Positions 55,591 through 64,000 of a DNA stretch of 64,000 nucleotides are shown here, piece after piece (the first letter of the stretch is position 1; every line of letters begins with the position of its first letter). The notes under the pieces were generated by a model. The model had not been told where the DNA came from and did not search any database. It saw only the letters and a list, made by a program, of their open reading frames with translations. Location of the stretch: positions 142,196 through 206,195 of the forward strand of contig CAYMXN010000002.1 in NCBI GenBank assembly GCA_964394435.1, in the 5' to 3' direction. The translations under genes and the position numbers were made by a program. Origin of the DNA: an uncultured Candidatus Saccharibacteria bacterium. Lineage in GTDB: Bacteria; Patescibacteriota; Minisyncoccia; UBA6257; 1-14-0-10-44-23.

Positions 55591-56064
55591 ATGCAAACTA
55601 TTTGGAAAATTGTCTTGTTCGGTATCGGGCTTATCGTCTCACTTCTTCTGGTTATGTTCATCTTTAGCACTATTCGCTCCCTTAACTTTGAACGTCCGGT
55701 TGGCGCCGAGGTGGTTATTAACGGGCATACCTATCTCGCCGAATTGGCAGTTGGGTCGGCTCAACAGGCGCAGGGGCTATCAGGACGTCCGAGCTTGAGG
55801 CCGGGGCACGGCATGCTTTTTACGTTTACTAAACCAGACGTGTATCCATTTTGGATGAAGGGGATGAAGTTTCCGATTGATTTCATTTGGATAGCGAATG
55901 GGAAGGTGGTTGATGTATTTGAGGGTGCTCCTCCGTTTACGTTTGGTATTCCGACTATTTATCGTCCGAGCGTTGCGATTGATCAGGTGTTAGAGCTCTC
56001 GGCAGGAACTATTTCCCGAGATGGAATTAGCGTTGGCGCAGAAGTGGTTATTACGAAGCGCTAG
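55591..56064 (+). CDS. DUF192 (COG1430) family protein with N-terminal TM
   Basis: GMLFTF...FWMKGMKFPIDFIW motif of DUF192. Confidence 0.6.
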   Translation: MQTIWKIVLFGIGLIVSLLLVMFIFSTIRSLNFERPVGAEVVINGHTYLAELAVGSAQQAQGLSGRPSLRPGHGMLFTFTKPDVYPFWMKGMKFPIDFIWIANGKVVDVFEGAPPFTFGIPTIYRPSVAIDQVLELSAGTISRDGISVGAEVVITKR

Positions 56065-56145
56065 GTTCTTTTTGGTGGAGTAGTATACTAAGAAGGAGAA
56101 AACCCTTTTGTATTTATAAAAATTGTAATCAACTATCATTTATAT

Positions 56146-57183
56146 ATGGCAAAAATTGCTATCAATGGGTTTGGGCGTATTGGAAGATTATTTTTTCGAC
56201 AGGCGTTTGATACGGTTCGTAAACTAGATATCGTCGCGATTAATGACTTGGGTGACATCGAAAATCTCGCGTATCTGTTAAAGCACGACTCGGTGTATCA
56301 CAACTACGATCGAGAAATTATTTGTAGGCGAAATCCAGACGGAATTGGTGGCGAATTAATTGTTGACGGTAAAAAAATTATCGTACTTCAGGAGAAAGAT
56401 CCAACCAAGTTGCCGTGGGCGAAGATGAAGATTGATGTTGTGGTTGAGTCGACGGGTATTTTTGAGTCATTTGAAAAAGCTTCGGTACATGTTCGTGAGG
56501 CGGGTGCGAAGCGCGTGGTAATTAGCGCCCCGGCCAAAGACGATGAGGGGGTGAGCGGCGGACGAACAGTGCTTGCGGGGGTAAACGAGGATGCGCTTCA
56601 GACGTGCTCTATTTCTTCTAATGGTTCGTGCACGACTAACGCGACCTCGCCTGTGGCAGCGATTATGTCGGAGAGCGTCGGTATTGTTAAAGCAGTTTTG
56701 AGTACGATTCACGGGTACACTGCGACGCAGACGTTAACTGATTCGCCAACGAAAGGACATGATTTTAGGCGCGGGCGTGCGGCAGCGGCGAATATTACCC
56801 CGTCAACTACAGGTGCGGCTATTTCGGTTGCGCGTGCGTTTCCGGAGCTGCGCGGTAAGTTTGATGGTATTGCGATTCGCGTGCCGGTTATTACCGGCTC
56901 ACTGATTGATTTTACGTTTTTAGCAAAGCGTAAGACGTCAGTTGCGGAGATTAATGAGATTTTTAAGAAGGCGGCGAAAGATAAGCGTTGGAAAGGTATT
57001 GTAAAGATTGCCGACGAACAGCTTGTTTCTACTGATATTATTGGTGAGCCCTATGGTTCGATTATTGATCTTGAGTACACCAAGGTGATTGATGGTGATT
57101 TAGTTAAAGTATTGGCGTGGTATGACAATGAGTGGGGGTACACAGCGACGCTTGTCGATCATGTCGTCAAAGCTTGTAGCTAG
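56146..57183 (+). CDS. gap: Glyceraldehyde-3-phosphate dehydrogenase (type I)
   Basis: INGFGRIGR NAD-binding motif, catalytic SNGSCTTN, WYDNEWGY C-terminal motif. Confidence 0.95.
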   Translation: MAKIAINGFGRIGRLFFRQAFDTVRKLDIVAINDLGDIENLAYLLKHDSVYHNYDREIICRRNPDGIGGELIVDGKKIIVLQEKDPTKLPWAKMKIDVVVESTGIFESFEKASVHVREAGAKRVVISAPAKDDEGVSGGRTVLAGVNEDALQTCSISSNGSCTTNATSPVAAIMSESVGIVKAVLSTIHGYTATQTLTDSPTKGHDFRRGRAAAANITPSTTGAAISVARAFPELRGKFDGIAIRVPVITGSLIDFTFLAKRKTSVAEINEIFKKAAKDKRWKGIVKIADEQLVSTDIIGEPYGSIIDLEYTKVIDGDLVKVLAWYDNEWGYTATLVDHVVKACS

Positions 57184-58159
57184 TATTATAGTCGTTGGCA
57201 TACTCGGGTATATTTCGGGGCTTTTTTTGCTTCGTGTATTGTTCGCTCCTACGATTACACTCCCTGTTTCATATACACAAGTTGTGCTGCGGCCGGAACG
57301 AATGTATACGATGTTGTTTGTGGGAGATATTATGCTCGACCGGTTGGTGAAAAAGCGAATTGACCGCGCAGACAACCCTTTGCTGCCATTTCTTCTCATT
57401 GCTGATGTGTTGCGTTCCGCTGATTTGGCGGTGGCGAATCTCGAGGGGCCGGTTTCTGATCGCGGGGTAAATCAGGGGAGTAAGTATTCGTTTCGTTTTG
57501 AGCCAAGGGGGACTATGCGCGCGCTGACGTTTGCCGGGTTTGATGTGATTAACTTAGCGAATAATCATATTTGGGATTGGGGTACTGCTGCGCTTTTAGA
57601 TACACTTACGCATTTACGGAGCGCGGGTATCCAGACGATTGGTGCGGGTGCTAATCAGGCAGAGGCGAATCAACCAGCGATTGCTACTCTTGGTGATGCG
57701 CGGGTTGGGTTTTTGGGATATACCACGTTATACCCTAAGAGCTTAGAAGCAACGGCTACGCGTGCGGGAGTAAGCTCGCCGCAACTTTCTTTAATTACTG
57801 CGCAGATCGCAGATTTAAAGGCGAATCAGAATATAGATCTTGTTGTAGTTTCGCTCCACTGGGGGATTGAGTATGAGGATCACTCAACAACGAGCCAACA
57901 GCTTTTTGCGCACGCGCTTATTGATGCGGGGGCGGACTTGGTAGTTGGTCATCATCCGCATGTTGTACAGGAAGTAGAAAAATACCATGGGAAGTACATC
58001 GCGTATAGCTTGGGTAATTTTGTGTTTGACCAAGATTTTTCCAAAGAGACGATGCAGGGCTTAATGTTCGAGGTGGGTGTGCGCAATAAGCAGATTGAGG
58101 CGGTGCGCGAGATTCCGGTTGAGTTGAGTGCGATATATCAGCCAAGGATTATCGAGTGA
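57161..58159 (+). CDS. CapA/PGA_cap family metallophosphatase-like protein (capsule/poly-gamma-glutamate biosynthesis-type), N-terminal TM; overlaps gap by 23 nt
   Basis: MLFVGDIMLDR, ANLEGPV, NNHIWDWG, GHHPHVVQ motifs of CapA family. Confidence 0.7.
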   Translation: MSSKLVASIIVVGILGYISGLFLLRVLFAPTITLPVSYTQVVLRPERMYTMLFVGDIMLDRLVKKRIDRADNPLLPFLLIADVLRSADLAVANLEGPVSDRGVNQGSKYSFRFEPRGTMRALTFAGFDVINLANNHIWDWGTAALLDTLTHLRSAGIQTIGAGANQAEANQPAIATLGDARVGFLGYTTLYPKSLEATATRAGVSSPQLSLITAQIADLKANQNIDLVVVSLHWGIEYEDHSTTSQQLFAHALIDAGADLVVGHHPHVVQEVEKYHGKYIAYSLGNFVFDQDFSKETMQGLMFEVGVRNKQIEAVREIPVELSAIYQPRIIE

Positions 58160-58171
58160 TATACTTAGTAT

Positions 58172-58606
58172 ATGAAGATTTACCTCGCGGCCGATCATGC
58201 AGGCTATAAGCTAAAAGAGGCGATTAAATCATATCTAATTACTAAGGACTACGAAGTAAAAGATTGTGGTGCGTTTGCAGTTGAACCAACCGATGACTAT
58301 CCGGATTATGTGAGTCGGGCGGCTGAAGCTGTGGCGAGTGACCATCACAGTATGGGTATTATTTTTGGTGGTTCGGGGCAGGGTGAGGCGATGGATGCGA
58401 ACCGGTATGCTCATGTGCGCTGCGCTGTTTATTATGGCGGCAGTTTGGATATTATCCGTCTTTCACGTGAACACAATGATGCGAATATGCTTTCACTTGG
58501 TGCGCGATTTGTCAGCGAACAAGAGGCGCTCAAAGCCGTTGCGCTTTGGCTCAACACTCCATTTTCTGATGAGGCGAGGCATAAGCGCCGCATAGAAAAA
58601 TTCTAA
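58172..58606 (+). CDS. rpiB: Ribose-5-phosphate isomerase B (RpiB/LacAB family)
   Basis: MKIYLAADHAGYKLKE...CGAF and GIIFGGSGQGEAMDANR motifs; TATACT -10 six nt upstream of ATG (leaderless). Confidence 0.9.
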   Translation: MKIYLAADHAGYKLKEAIKSYLITKDYEVKDCGAFAVEPTDDYPDYVSRAAEAVASDHHSMGIIFGGSGQGEAMDANRYAHVRCAVYYGGSLDIIRLSREHNDANMLSLGARFVSEQEALKAVALWLNTPFSDEARHKRRIEKF

Positions 58607-58613
58607 TATCGTA

Positions 58614-59303
58614 ATGAGTATTATTCCTGCGATTAATTGTCAGACGTTTGAACAGGTACAAGAGCGCCTCCATTTGGCGCAGGAGATTTTGCTTAGTGAT
58701 TATCAAAAGAAGGGAGGAGAACCTCGCTGGGTACATATTGATATTGCGGATGGGAGTTTTACGGCTGGATATCAGACGTGGCGTACTGCCCAGCAACTTA
58801 CCGAGCTTGTTCGTCACAGTAACGTGCGTATCGAGGTGCATTTAATGGTGACGCGCCCCCAGGAGGTGATTGCGCAGTGGTTGGCCGTTGGTATACAGCG
58901 GGTAATTGTGCACGCGGATATGCCACTTAACTTTCGAGCATTTATTGATGAGTGCCATGCTCATACCGCAGAAATTTTCTTGGCTATCAAGCCAGAGACT
59001 TCGGTTGATGTACTTACTCCTTTTTTACCCTTAATTGACGGATGTCAGCTTCTCGCAGTTGAGCCGGGGCTTTCGGGGCAGCGGTTTGATATTGGTACGC
59101 CCGATAAGATTGTCGCTTTGCGGCAGGTAGCTCCTAAGCTTTTAATTGAGGTAGATGGGGGTATAACGCCAGAAACCGCACAGCTATGTGCTTTTGCGGG
59201 GGCGAGTCAGCTTGTAAGCTCTTCGTATATTTTTGAGAGTAAAAAGCCCCTGGAGGCTTATCAACAGCTAGCAACTATACCTGCGTATCAGTCAAGCTCA
59301 TAA
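58614..59303 (+). CDS. rpe: Ribulose-phosphate 3-epimerase (divergent N-terminus)
   Basis: HIDIADGSF, VHLMVTRP, AIKPET, VEPGLSGQRF, IEVDGGI correspond to RPE metal/substrate motifs. Confidence 0.75.
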   Translation: MSIIPAINCQTFEQVQERLHLAQEILLSDYQKKGGEPRWVHIDIADGSFTAGYQTWRTAQQLTELVRHSNVRIEVHLMVTRPQEVIAQWLAVGIQRVIVHADMPLNFRAFIDECHAHTAEIFLAIKPETSVDVLTPFLPLIDGCQLLAVEPGLSGQRFDIGTPDKIVALRQVAPKLLIEVDGGITPETAQLCAFAGASQLVSSSYIFESKKPLEAYQQLATIPAYQSSS

Positions 59304-59336
59304 TTTGCTAGACTATATACAAGTTTTAGTGTGAGA

Positions 59337-59464
59337 TTCATCCCGTTAGAGGCAGGGTGCTTGGAGCGCCCGTTTCATGAGCGAGTATGTATTATATCGC
59401 ACTACTATTTATGAATTATTACGGGTCATTTATATACTATATGAGTTGCATCTAACGGGATGAA
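59337..59464. repeat. Inverted-repeat-bounded intercistronic element copy 2 (TTCATCCCGTTAGAGGCAGG ... TCTAACGGGATGAA), between rpe and transketolase N-subunit; right arm contains the tkt ATG
   Basis: 14-bp perfect terminal inverted repeats identical to copy 1; interior unrelated to copy 1 and contains a TATACT -10. Confidence 0.7.
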
Positions 59465-60317
59465 ACTGTACACCTCGCGTCTTACATTTTTACAGCAAAA
59501 AGCAAACGATATTCGAGAGGATATTATTCGTATGCTTGTTGAGGCTGGGAGTGGGCACTCGGCAGGTCCCCTTGGTATGGCGGATATTTTTACCGCGATG
59601 TATTTTCATATTTTGAATCATGATCCGAAGCGTCCTGAATGGGCGGATCGCGATCGACTCGTGCTTAGCAATGGACATATTTGTCCGGTGCAGTATGTGG
59701 CGCTTGCTCACGCTGGTTATTTTCCTATAGAAGAACTTCTTACGTTGCGAAAGATTAACTCACGTCTGCAGGGCCATCCGCACCGTGGATCACTTCCAGG
59801 GATTGAGACTACCTCCGGTCCGCTTGGGTCGGGGCTTAGTCAGGCGATTGGCATCGCACTCGCTGGGCGAATGAATAAGCAGCGTTATCAAACGTATTGT
59901 CTGACTTCCGATGGTGAACATAATGAGGGAAATCACTGGGAGGCGGTGATGTTTGCAGGGAAGGAGAAGCTCTCAAACCTTACGATGGTGATTGATCGGA
60001 ATAATATTCAGATTGATGGATTTACAGAAAATGTTATGCCGCTTGAGCCGCTCAAAGATAAGTATGAGGCGTTTAATTGGCATGTACTTGAGGTGGATGG
60101 GCATAATATTGCTCATTTCGTTGATGCGGTGAACGAGGCGAAGGTAATTCATGAGCGTCCGACAGTGATTATTGCGCATACTACTCCGGGCAAAGGAATT
60201 GATTTTATGGAAAATGATTATCTTTGGCACGGTAAGCCTCCGACAAAGGAGCAAGCAAAGGTCGCGCTTCATGAGCTTAGGACTCTCGGACAGAAGATTC
60301 GCAGTGAGCATCAATAA
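59460..60317 (+). CDS. Transketolase, N-terminal (TPP-binding) subunit
   Basis: GSGHSAGPLGMADIF and TPP-binding GDGE motif; ends where E. coli TktA PP domain ends. Confidence 0.9.
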   Translation: MKLYTSRLTFLQQKANDIREDIIRMLVEAGSGHSAGPLGMADIFTAMYFHILNHDPKRPEWADRDRLVLSNGHICPVQYVALAHAGYFPIEELLTLRKINSRLQGHPHRGSLPGIETTSGPLGSGLSQAIGIALAGRMNKQRYQTYCLTSDGEHNEGNHWEAVMFAGKEKLSNLTMVIDRNNIQIDGFTENVMPLEPLKDKYEAFNWHVLEVDGHNIAHFVDAVNEAKVIHERPTVIIAHTTPGKGIDFMENDYLWHGKPPTKEQAKVALHELRTLGQKIRSEHQ

Positions 60318-60340
60318 CATTAAGTACGTACTATATATCT

Positions 60341-60589
60341 ATGAAACAAAAACGAATGTCAGCTTCCCCATTTCACTTTTCGTGCTGTTTATTGCCTATT
60401 TTTTCGAATTTATTTTGGTTTGGCGCACTTCTTTCGGTGGTATGCGCTTGGCTTGCTGGCGAGGGCACTGTTTGGGGTTGGGCGGCTGAAATTTGGTATG
60501 TAAATGCGCTTGCGCTTGGTATTTTATCAATCGGTGCTCATCAGCAGCAGGGTTGTAAGCTCTGTAACGCGACGACTTGCCGCTATTAA
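60341..60589 (+). CDS. Possible small Cys-rich hydrophobic protein in the spacer between the split transketolase genes (weak)
   Basis: 82-aa ORF, hydrophobic core, C-terminal CKLCNATTC; no RBS; could be non-coding spacer. Confidence 0.2.
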   Translation: MKQKRMSASPFHFSCCLLPIFSNLFWFGALLSVVCAWLAGEGTVWGWAAEIWYVNALALGILSIGAHQQQGCKLCNATTCRY

Positions 60590-61587
60590 TCTCTATGCTT
60601 CGTCCTCAAGCCCATCTTTCTTCAAAGCTTTTTGCGTCTGACGTACATCAGGCGCCAACTCGTGATGGGTATGGCGAGGGTCTTTTGCTTGCCGGGCAAC
60701 AAAATAAGCAAGTTGTTGCGCTTTGCGCTGATTTAACCGAGTCTACTCGCGTACAAGAGTTCGCCAAGGCGTATCCGGAGCGATTTTTCCAAGTTGGAGT
60801 AGCCGAGCAAAATATGGCGACGATTGCCGCTGGCTTAGGCGTGAGCGGCAAGATTCCTTTTATTTCTTCGTATGCGACGTTTTCTCCGGGTAGAAATTGG
60901 GAACAGATTCGTACGACGATTGCGTATAATAATGCGAATGTAAAAATTGCCGGTCATCACGCTGGGATATCAGTTGGGCCAGATGGTGCGACTCATCAAG
61001 CGATTGAAGATATTGCGACGATGCGTGTGATGGCGAATATGAAAGTTATTGTTCCGTGTGATGCGATTGAGGCGCGCAAAGCGACGTTAGCTGCTGCGCT
61101 TATCGTTGGGCCGATGTATTTGCGCTTTGGGCGTGAGAAGTCTCCAGTGATGACTACCGAGGCGACCCCGTTTATTGTCGGCAAGGGTGAGATTTTTTGG
61201 GAGTCGAAGAAGCCGGAGGTCGCGCTGATCGCGTGTGGTTCGATTTTGTATGAGGCGCTTACTGCTGCGCATCAACTCGAGAAGGTGGGTATCGGTGCGA
61301 TTGTTGTTAATATGCCGACTGTGAAGCCGCTCGATGAGAAGTTGGTGCTTGAGGTTGCTAAGACGTGCGGGGCGGTGGTTTCGGTTGAGGAGCATCAGGT
61401 GATGGGTGGTTTGGGTGGTGCGATCGCTGAATTATTGGCACTACGGCAGCCAACTCCGATGGAGTTTGTTGGTATGCAAAATCGCTTTGGGGAGAGTGGT
61501 GCGCCTGCCGAACTCCTTACTAAGTACGGAATGGCTGCGCATGATATCGCTCTTGCGGCGCAGCGGGTTATAAAGCGAAAAGGGTAG
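60577..61587 (+). CDS. Transketolase, C-terminal (pyrimidine-binding + C-terminal) subunit; true start possibly ATG 60595
   Basis: TRDGYGEGL, VALCADLTEST, GVAEQNMATIAAGL, GPDGATHQAIEDIA motifs. Confidence 0.9.
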   Translation: MPLLISMLRPQAHLSSKLFASDVHQAPTRDGYGEGLLLAGQQNKQVVALCADLTESTRVQEFAKAYPERFFQVGVAEQNMATIAAGLGVSGKIPFISSYATFSPGRNWEQIRTTIAYNNANVKIAGHHAGISVGPDGATHQAIEDIATMRVMANMKVIVPCDAIEARKATLAAALIVGPMYLRFGREKSPVMTTEATPFIVGKGEIFWESKKPEVALIACGSILYEALTAAHQLEKVGIGAIVVNMPTVKPLDEKLVLEVAKTCGAVVSVEEHQVMGGLGGAIAELLALRQPTPMEFVGMQNRFGESGAPAELLTKYGMAAHDIALAAQRVIKRKG

Positions 61588-61640
61588 GAGTTATCCCGAT
61601 TTCTTTTTCCTAGTTAAGCCCAAAATGCTATACTGTGGTT

Positions 61641-62663
61641 ATGTTTGACGTTATTACTATTGGAACCATCACTCGTGATGTGTTTCTGCGAAGTCCATTA
61701 TTCAAGGTTCTTAAAGACCCTGAACATTTACAAAAGCTTGGGTTTATTGACGGAGTAGCTGAATGTTTCGCATTTGGCGGTAAAACCGAGGTTTCTGACC
61801 CGGTTTTTACCATCGGAGGGGGTGCGGCCAATACTGCTGTTGGTTTTGCTCGCCAAGGTCTACATACGGGTGTTTTAGGCACAGTAGGTAAGGATTTTAA
61901 TGGTGATGCGGCTATTGCCGCACTTGAGGCGGAAAAGGTCAGTTCGTTGGCTTTACGTAGCAAGCACTCGACCGGGTATTCGACTATCTTGCTCTCGCCA
62001 AGTGGTGAGCGAACGATTCTTGTTTCTCGTGGGGCTTCTCAAGAGCTTTCTCTTTCGCCGGCTACGCTTAAGGGGTTGAAGGCGAAATGGGTGTATGTGG
62101 TTCCTGGCGCAATTGCCAAGGGTTCAATTGAAAAAGTAATTCGTCATTTTAAGAAAAACGGCTCTCGAGTAGCTATTAACCTTTCCGGGCACTACGCCAA
62201 ATTTGGTACTACTTCGTTGCAGGCGATTTTATCGCTTTCAGATGTTGTTATTGTAAATCGGAGTGAGGCCGCTCTACTTCTTAGTGTTTCGTTTGATACC
62301 CCAGAGAAGGTATTGCTTTCGAAAATGGCACGTTCAGTTCATGGTCTTTCAGTTATTACCGATGGCTCAAAGGGTTGTTTCGTTGGAGATGGCTCGTATA
62401 TGTATCATGCGGGAATATTTCCGGAACGTGAGTTAGTTGATCGAACGGGTGCGGGTGATGCGTTTGGAAGTGGATTTGTTTCTGCTTTAATTGGCAAAGA
62501 GTCATTTTCTTCCCAAGTTATTGAGCAGGCGGTCCGCGCAGGAAGCGCCAATGCCACTTCTGTAGTTGAGTATATTGGAGCTTGGGAAGGGCTTTTGACC
62601 GAGCGTGTTCTTAAGCAAAACAAGCGTTGGGCTCATTTGGTTGTTCGCAAAGTACTGCTTTAA
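61641..62663 (+). CDS. PfkB-family carbohydrate/nucleoside kinase (ribokinase-like)
   Basis: GGGAANTAVG N-terminal motif and C-terminal DRTGAGDAFGSGFVSAL anion-hole/catalytic Asp motif; TATACT -10 six nt upstream of ATG 61641. Confidence 0.8.
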   Translation: MFDVITIGTITRDVFLRSPLFKVLKDPEHLQKLGFIDGVAECFAFGGKTEVSDPVFTIGGGAANTAVGFARQGLHTGVLGTVGKDFNGDAAIAALEAEKVSSLALRSKHSTGYSTILLSPSGERTILVSRGASQELSLSPATLKGLKAKWVYVVPGAIAKGSIEKVIRHFKKNGSRVAINLSGHYAKFGTTSLQAILSLSDVVIVNRSEAALLLSVSFDTPEKVLLSKMARSVHGLSVITDGSKGCFVGDGSYMYHAGIFPERELVDRTGAGDAFGSGFVSALIGKESFSSQVIEQAVRAGSANATSVVEYIGAWEGLLTERVLKQNKRWAHLVVRKVLL

Positions 62664-62670
62664 TTCTTTT

Positions 62671-63906
62671 ATGAAAGAAATTAACTCTTTAGCTCTCATT
62701 CTTGGTATCACGCCAAAGTCTCTTTCTGATTTAGATGAGGCGATGGTTTTAGCAACCGGGAAGAAGCATGTGCTTGAGCACCTTTATCGAAAGAATGAGG
62801 GGATGATGAAGTTTGTGCTCGAGGCGCTTAAGCAAAAGGATTTTTCGAGTGAGGCGGTCAGCGGTGCTCTTCGGCAGGTTCTTTTTGAACAGGAGCGTCG
62901 GTTTTTTGATTTTTTACAGATCATCGAAGGCAAGGATGATTTTGAGCGCGCTGCAATTCTTGCTCGAAAAATTGCGCAGGTTGGCAAAGGGTTTTTTCTT
63001 AAAAAGGAGTTAGGTAAGGAGATTCTTCGTAAGCGGCAACCAAAGAATTTGTTGGCGTATTTGCAGGTGCGTGATGTTGAAGAGTTGATTGCGAAGCATG
63101 ATATTACCGAAATATTCAGCGCTTTGCGGTTCATTGAGACTGATGAGTGGATGCACGAGACTTTTGCGGTCGCGTATTCACAATTCGGTCCTGCGGATTT
63201 TGAGGAACGTGATATTGAGATCCGTGTTCTTGGCCCGCAGTGGCATGAGGTCGCAGAGAAGTTTGTGGCAAAAAAGCATCACAATGTAAGTCATCTTAAA
63301 GAGTTTGGTGTTATCTTTATCAATCCAATTGCTGAAGATATTCCTGGAAAGTTTTTGCGCGACTTTGCGCTCTTACTCCATTATTTCCACGAGATTGAAT
63401 TTTATTCGAAGTTATTTAAGCGTTATGCTCAACTTCCGGATTTTAATGAGCGCTTCAACTCATTGCTTCGTGGAGATATTTTGAATGTAATGACTGTTAA
63501 GCCAGGGGAGTGGTTGATTGTCCAGCGCTATTTGGCAAAGATTAATCCAAATGATCCGCGTTTATTTTTGCCTCACGTAAATCCAGAATCGCTTCACTGG
63601 ATGCGTGGGGAGCGTGACCTGACTCTTTTTCGACCGAAGGCGGCTTATTTAGACCTAAGTATCTGGCAGAACCTTGATTGGGTTGGGGGAGTTTTTGCTG
63701 ATGGGTCTCGAGAAGTTGTGAGTTTTGATCTTGAGGACAATGCGATGTCCTTGGTTTCATTTATGGAGGGCAAGCAGCAGCGGTTTAATTATCATCAGCG
63801 AGAGGCCCTTTGGACAAAGCTATTCATTGAGTATGCGGGCGGAGAGGATAAGGCGGAGCAACTTCTTCTTGAGTATTTTGATAAAGGATTAGTTCGGTTT
63901 TGTTAA
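62671..63906 (+). CDS. Hypothetical cytoplasmic protein (412 aa), start set to ATG 62671 (MKEINSLALILGI)
   Basis: Long ORF with coding-like composition following pfkB; no family recognised. Confidence 0.5.
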   Translation: MKEINSLALILGITPKSLSDLDEAMVLATGKKHVLEHLYRKNEGMMKFVLEALKQKDFSSEAVSGALRQVLFEQERRFFDFLQIIEGKDDFERAAILARKIAQVGKGFFLKKELGKEILRKRQPKNLLAYLQVRDVEELIAKHDITEIFSALRFIETDEWMHETFAVAYSQFGPADFEERDIEIRVLGPQWHEVAEKFVAKKHHNVSHLKEFGVIFINPIAEDIPGKFLRDFALLLHYFHEIEFYSKLFKRYAQLPDFNERFNSLLRGDILNVMTVKPGEWLIVQRYLAKINPNDPRLFLPHVNPESLHWMRGERDLTLFRPKAAYLDLSIWQNLDWVGGVFADGSREVVSFDLEDNAMSLVSFMEGKQQRFNYHQREALWTKLFIEYAGGEDKAEQLLLEYFDKGLVRFC

Positions 63907-63945
63907 AAACTAAAAACACCCTCGTCATGAGGGTGTTTTTAGTTT
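63907..63945. terminator. Bidirectional rho-independent terminator
   Basis: AAAAACACCCTC-GTCAT-GAGGGTGTTTTT. Confidence 0.8.
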
Positions 63946-64000
63946 ACTTTTTCTTTCTTAGGAACGCAGGAATCTCCCAGGTGTCTGACTTTTTCTTTGC
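63944..64000 (-). CDS. ftsZ: Partial CDS: C-terminal tail of FtsZ (…SDTWEIPAFLRKKK*), gene continues off the right edge
   Basis: Conserved FtsZ C-terminal peptide (D/E)IPAFLR(K) followed by stop; only 18 codons visible. Confidence 0.45.
   Translation of the reverse strand, partial: AKKKSDTWEIPAFLRKKK

Overview
This 64 kb window reads as a chromosomal segment of a small-genome bacterium. About 47% GC, a short four-domain S1, a transketolase split into two genes, many SD-less starts and numerous small hypothetical membrane proteins suggest a CPR/Patescibacteria-like lineage, but that is inference.

Most of the window is housekeeping. Recognisable genes are rsmA/ksgA, a UvrD/PcrA-type helicase, comM, the rpsO–NYN–pnp module, rpsA, a class II aldolase, thyX, dcd, rplY, recA, nrdJ (class II RNR), ftsH, nusA, ppa, tig, clpP, tyrS, murC, a Glu/Leu-type dehydrogenase, recG, gap, capA-like, rpiB, rpe, split tkt, a PfkB kinase, a metal ABC transporter and an ECF sigma/anti-sigma pair. 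There are ten tRNAs, parsed by hand: His-GTG (genomically encoded G-1 and CCA), Phe-GAA, Arg-TCT, Pro-TGG, Gly-TCC, Ile-TAT, Val-TAC, Trp-CCA, Glu-TTC and Lys-CTT.

Findings worth a second look:
- A dense cluster of canonical parS centromere sites (TGTTTCACGTGAAACA) at about 43.5–44.3 kb, in front of yraN/nusA. A 38-bp perfect palindrome and unusual everted half-site palindromes spill into murC.
- A giant 2908-aa ORF with GT84 and GH94 signatures typical of cyclic beta-1,2-glucan synthase (Cgs/NdvB/ChvB). It is co-oriented with a DedA membrane protein gene and a nucleoside deoxyribosyltransferase-like gene.
- Two copies of a roughly 126-bp element bounded by inverted repeats (TTCATCCCGTTAGAGG...CTCTAACGGGATGAA). 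Each sits between cistrons and supplies the ATG of the downstream gene (znuB-like, tktN).
- A GC-rich island (about 60% GC) encoding an outer-membrane beta-barrel-like protein with its own consensus sigma70 promoter.
- A recurring extended -10 motif (TGcTAtAcT) only 5–15 nt upstream of start codons, implying leaderless mRNAs.
- A tRNA-Ile with a genomic UAU anticodon.
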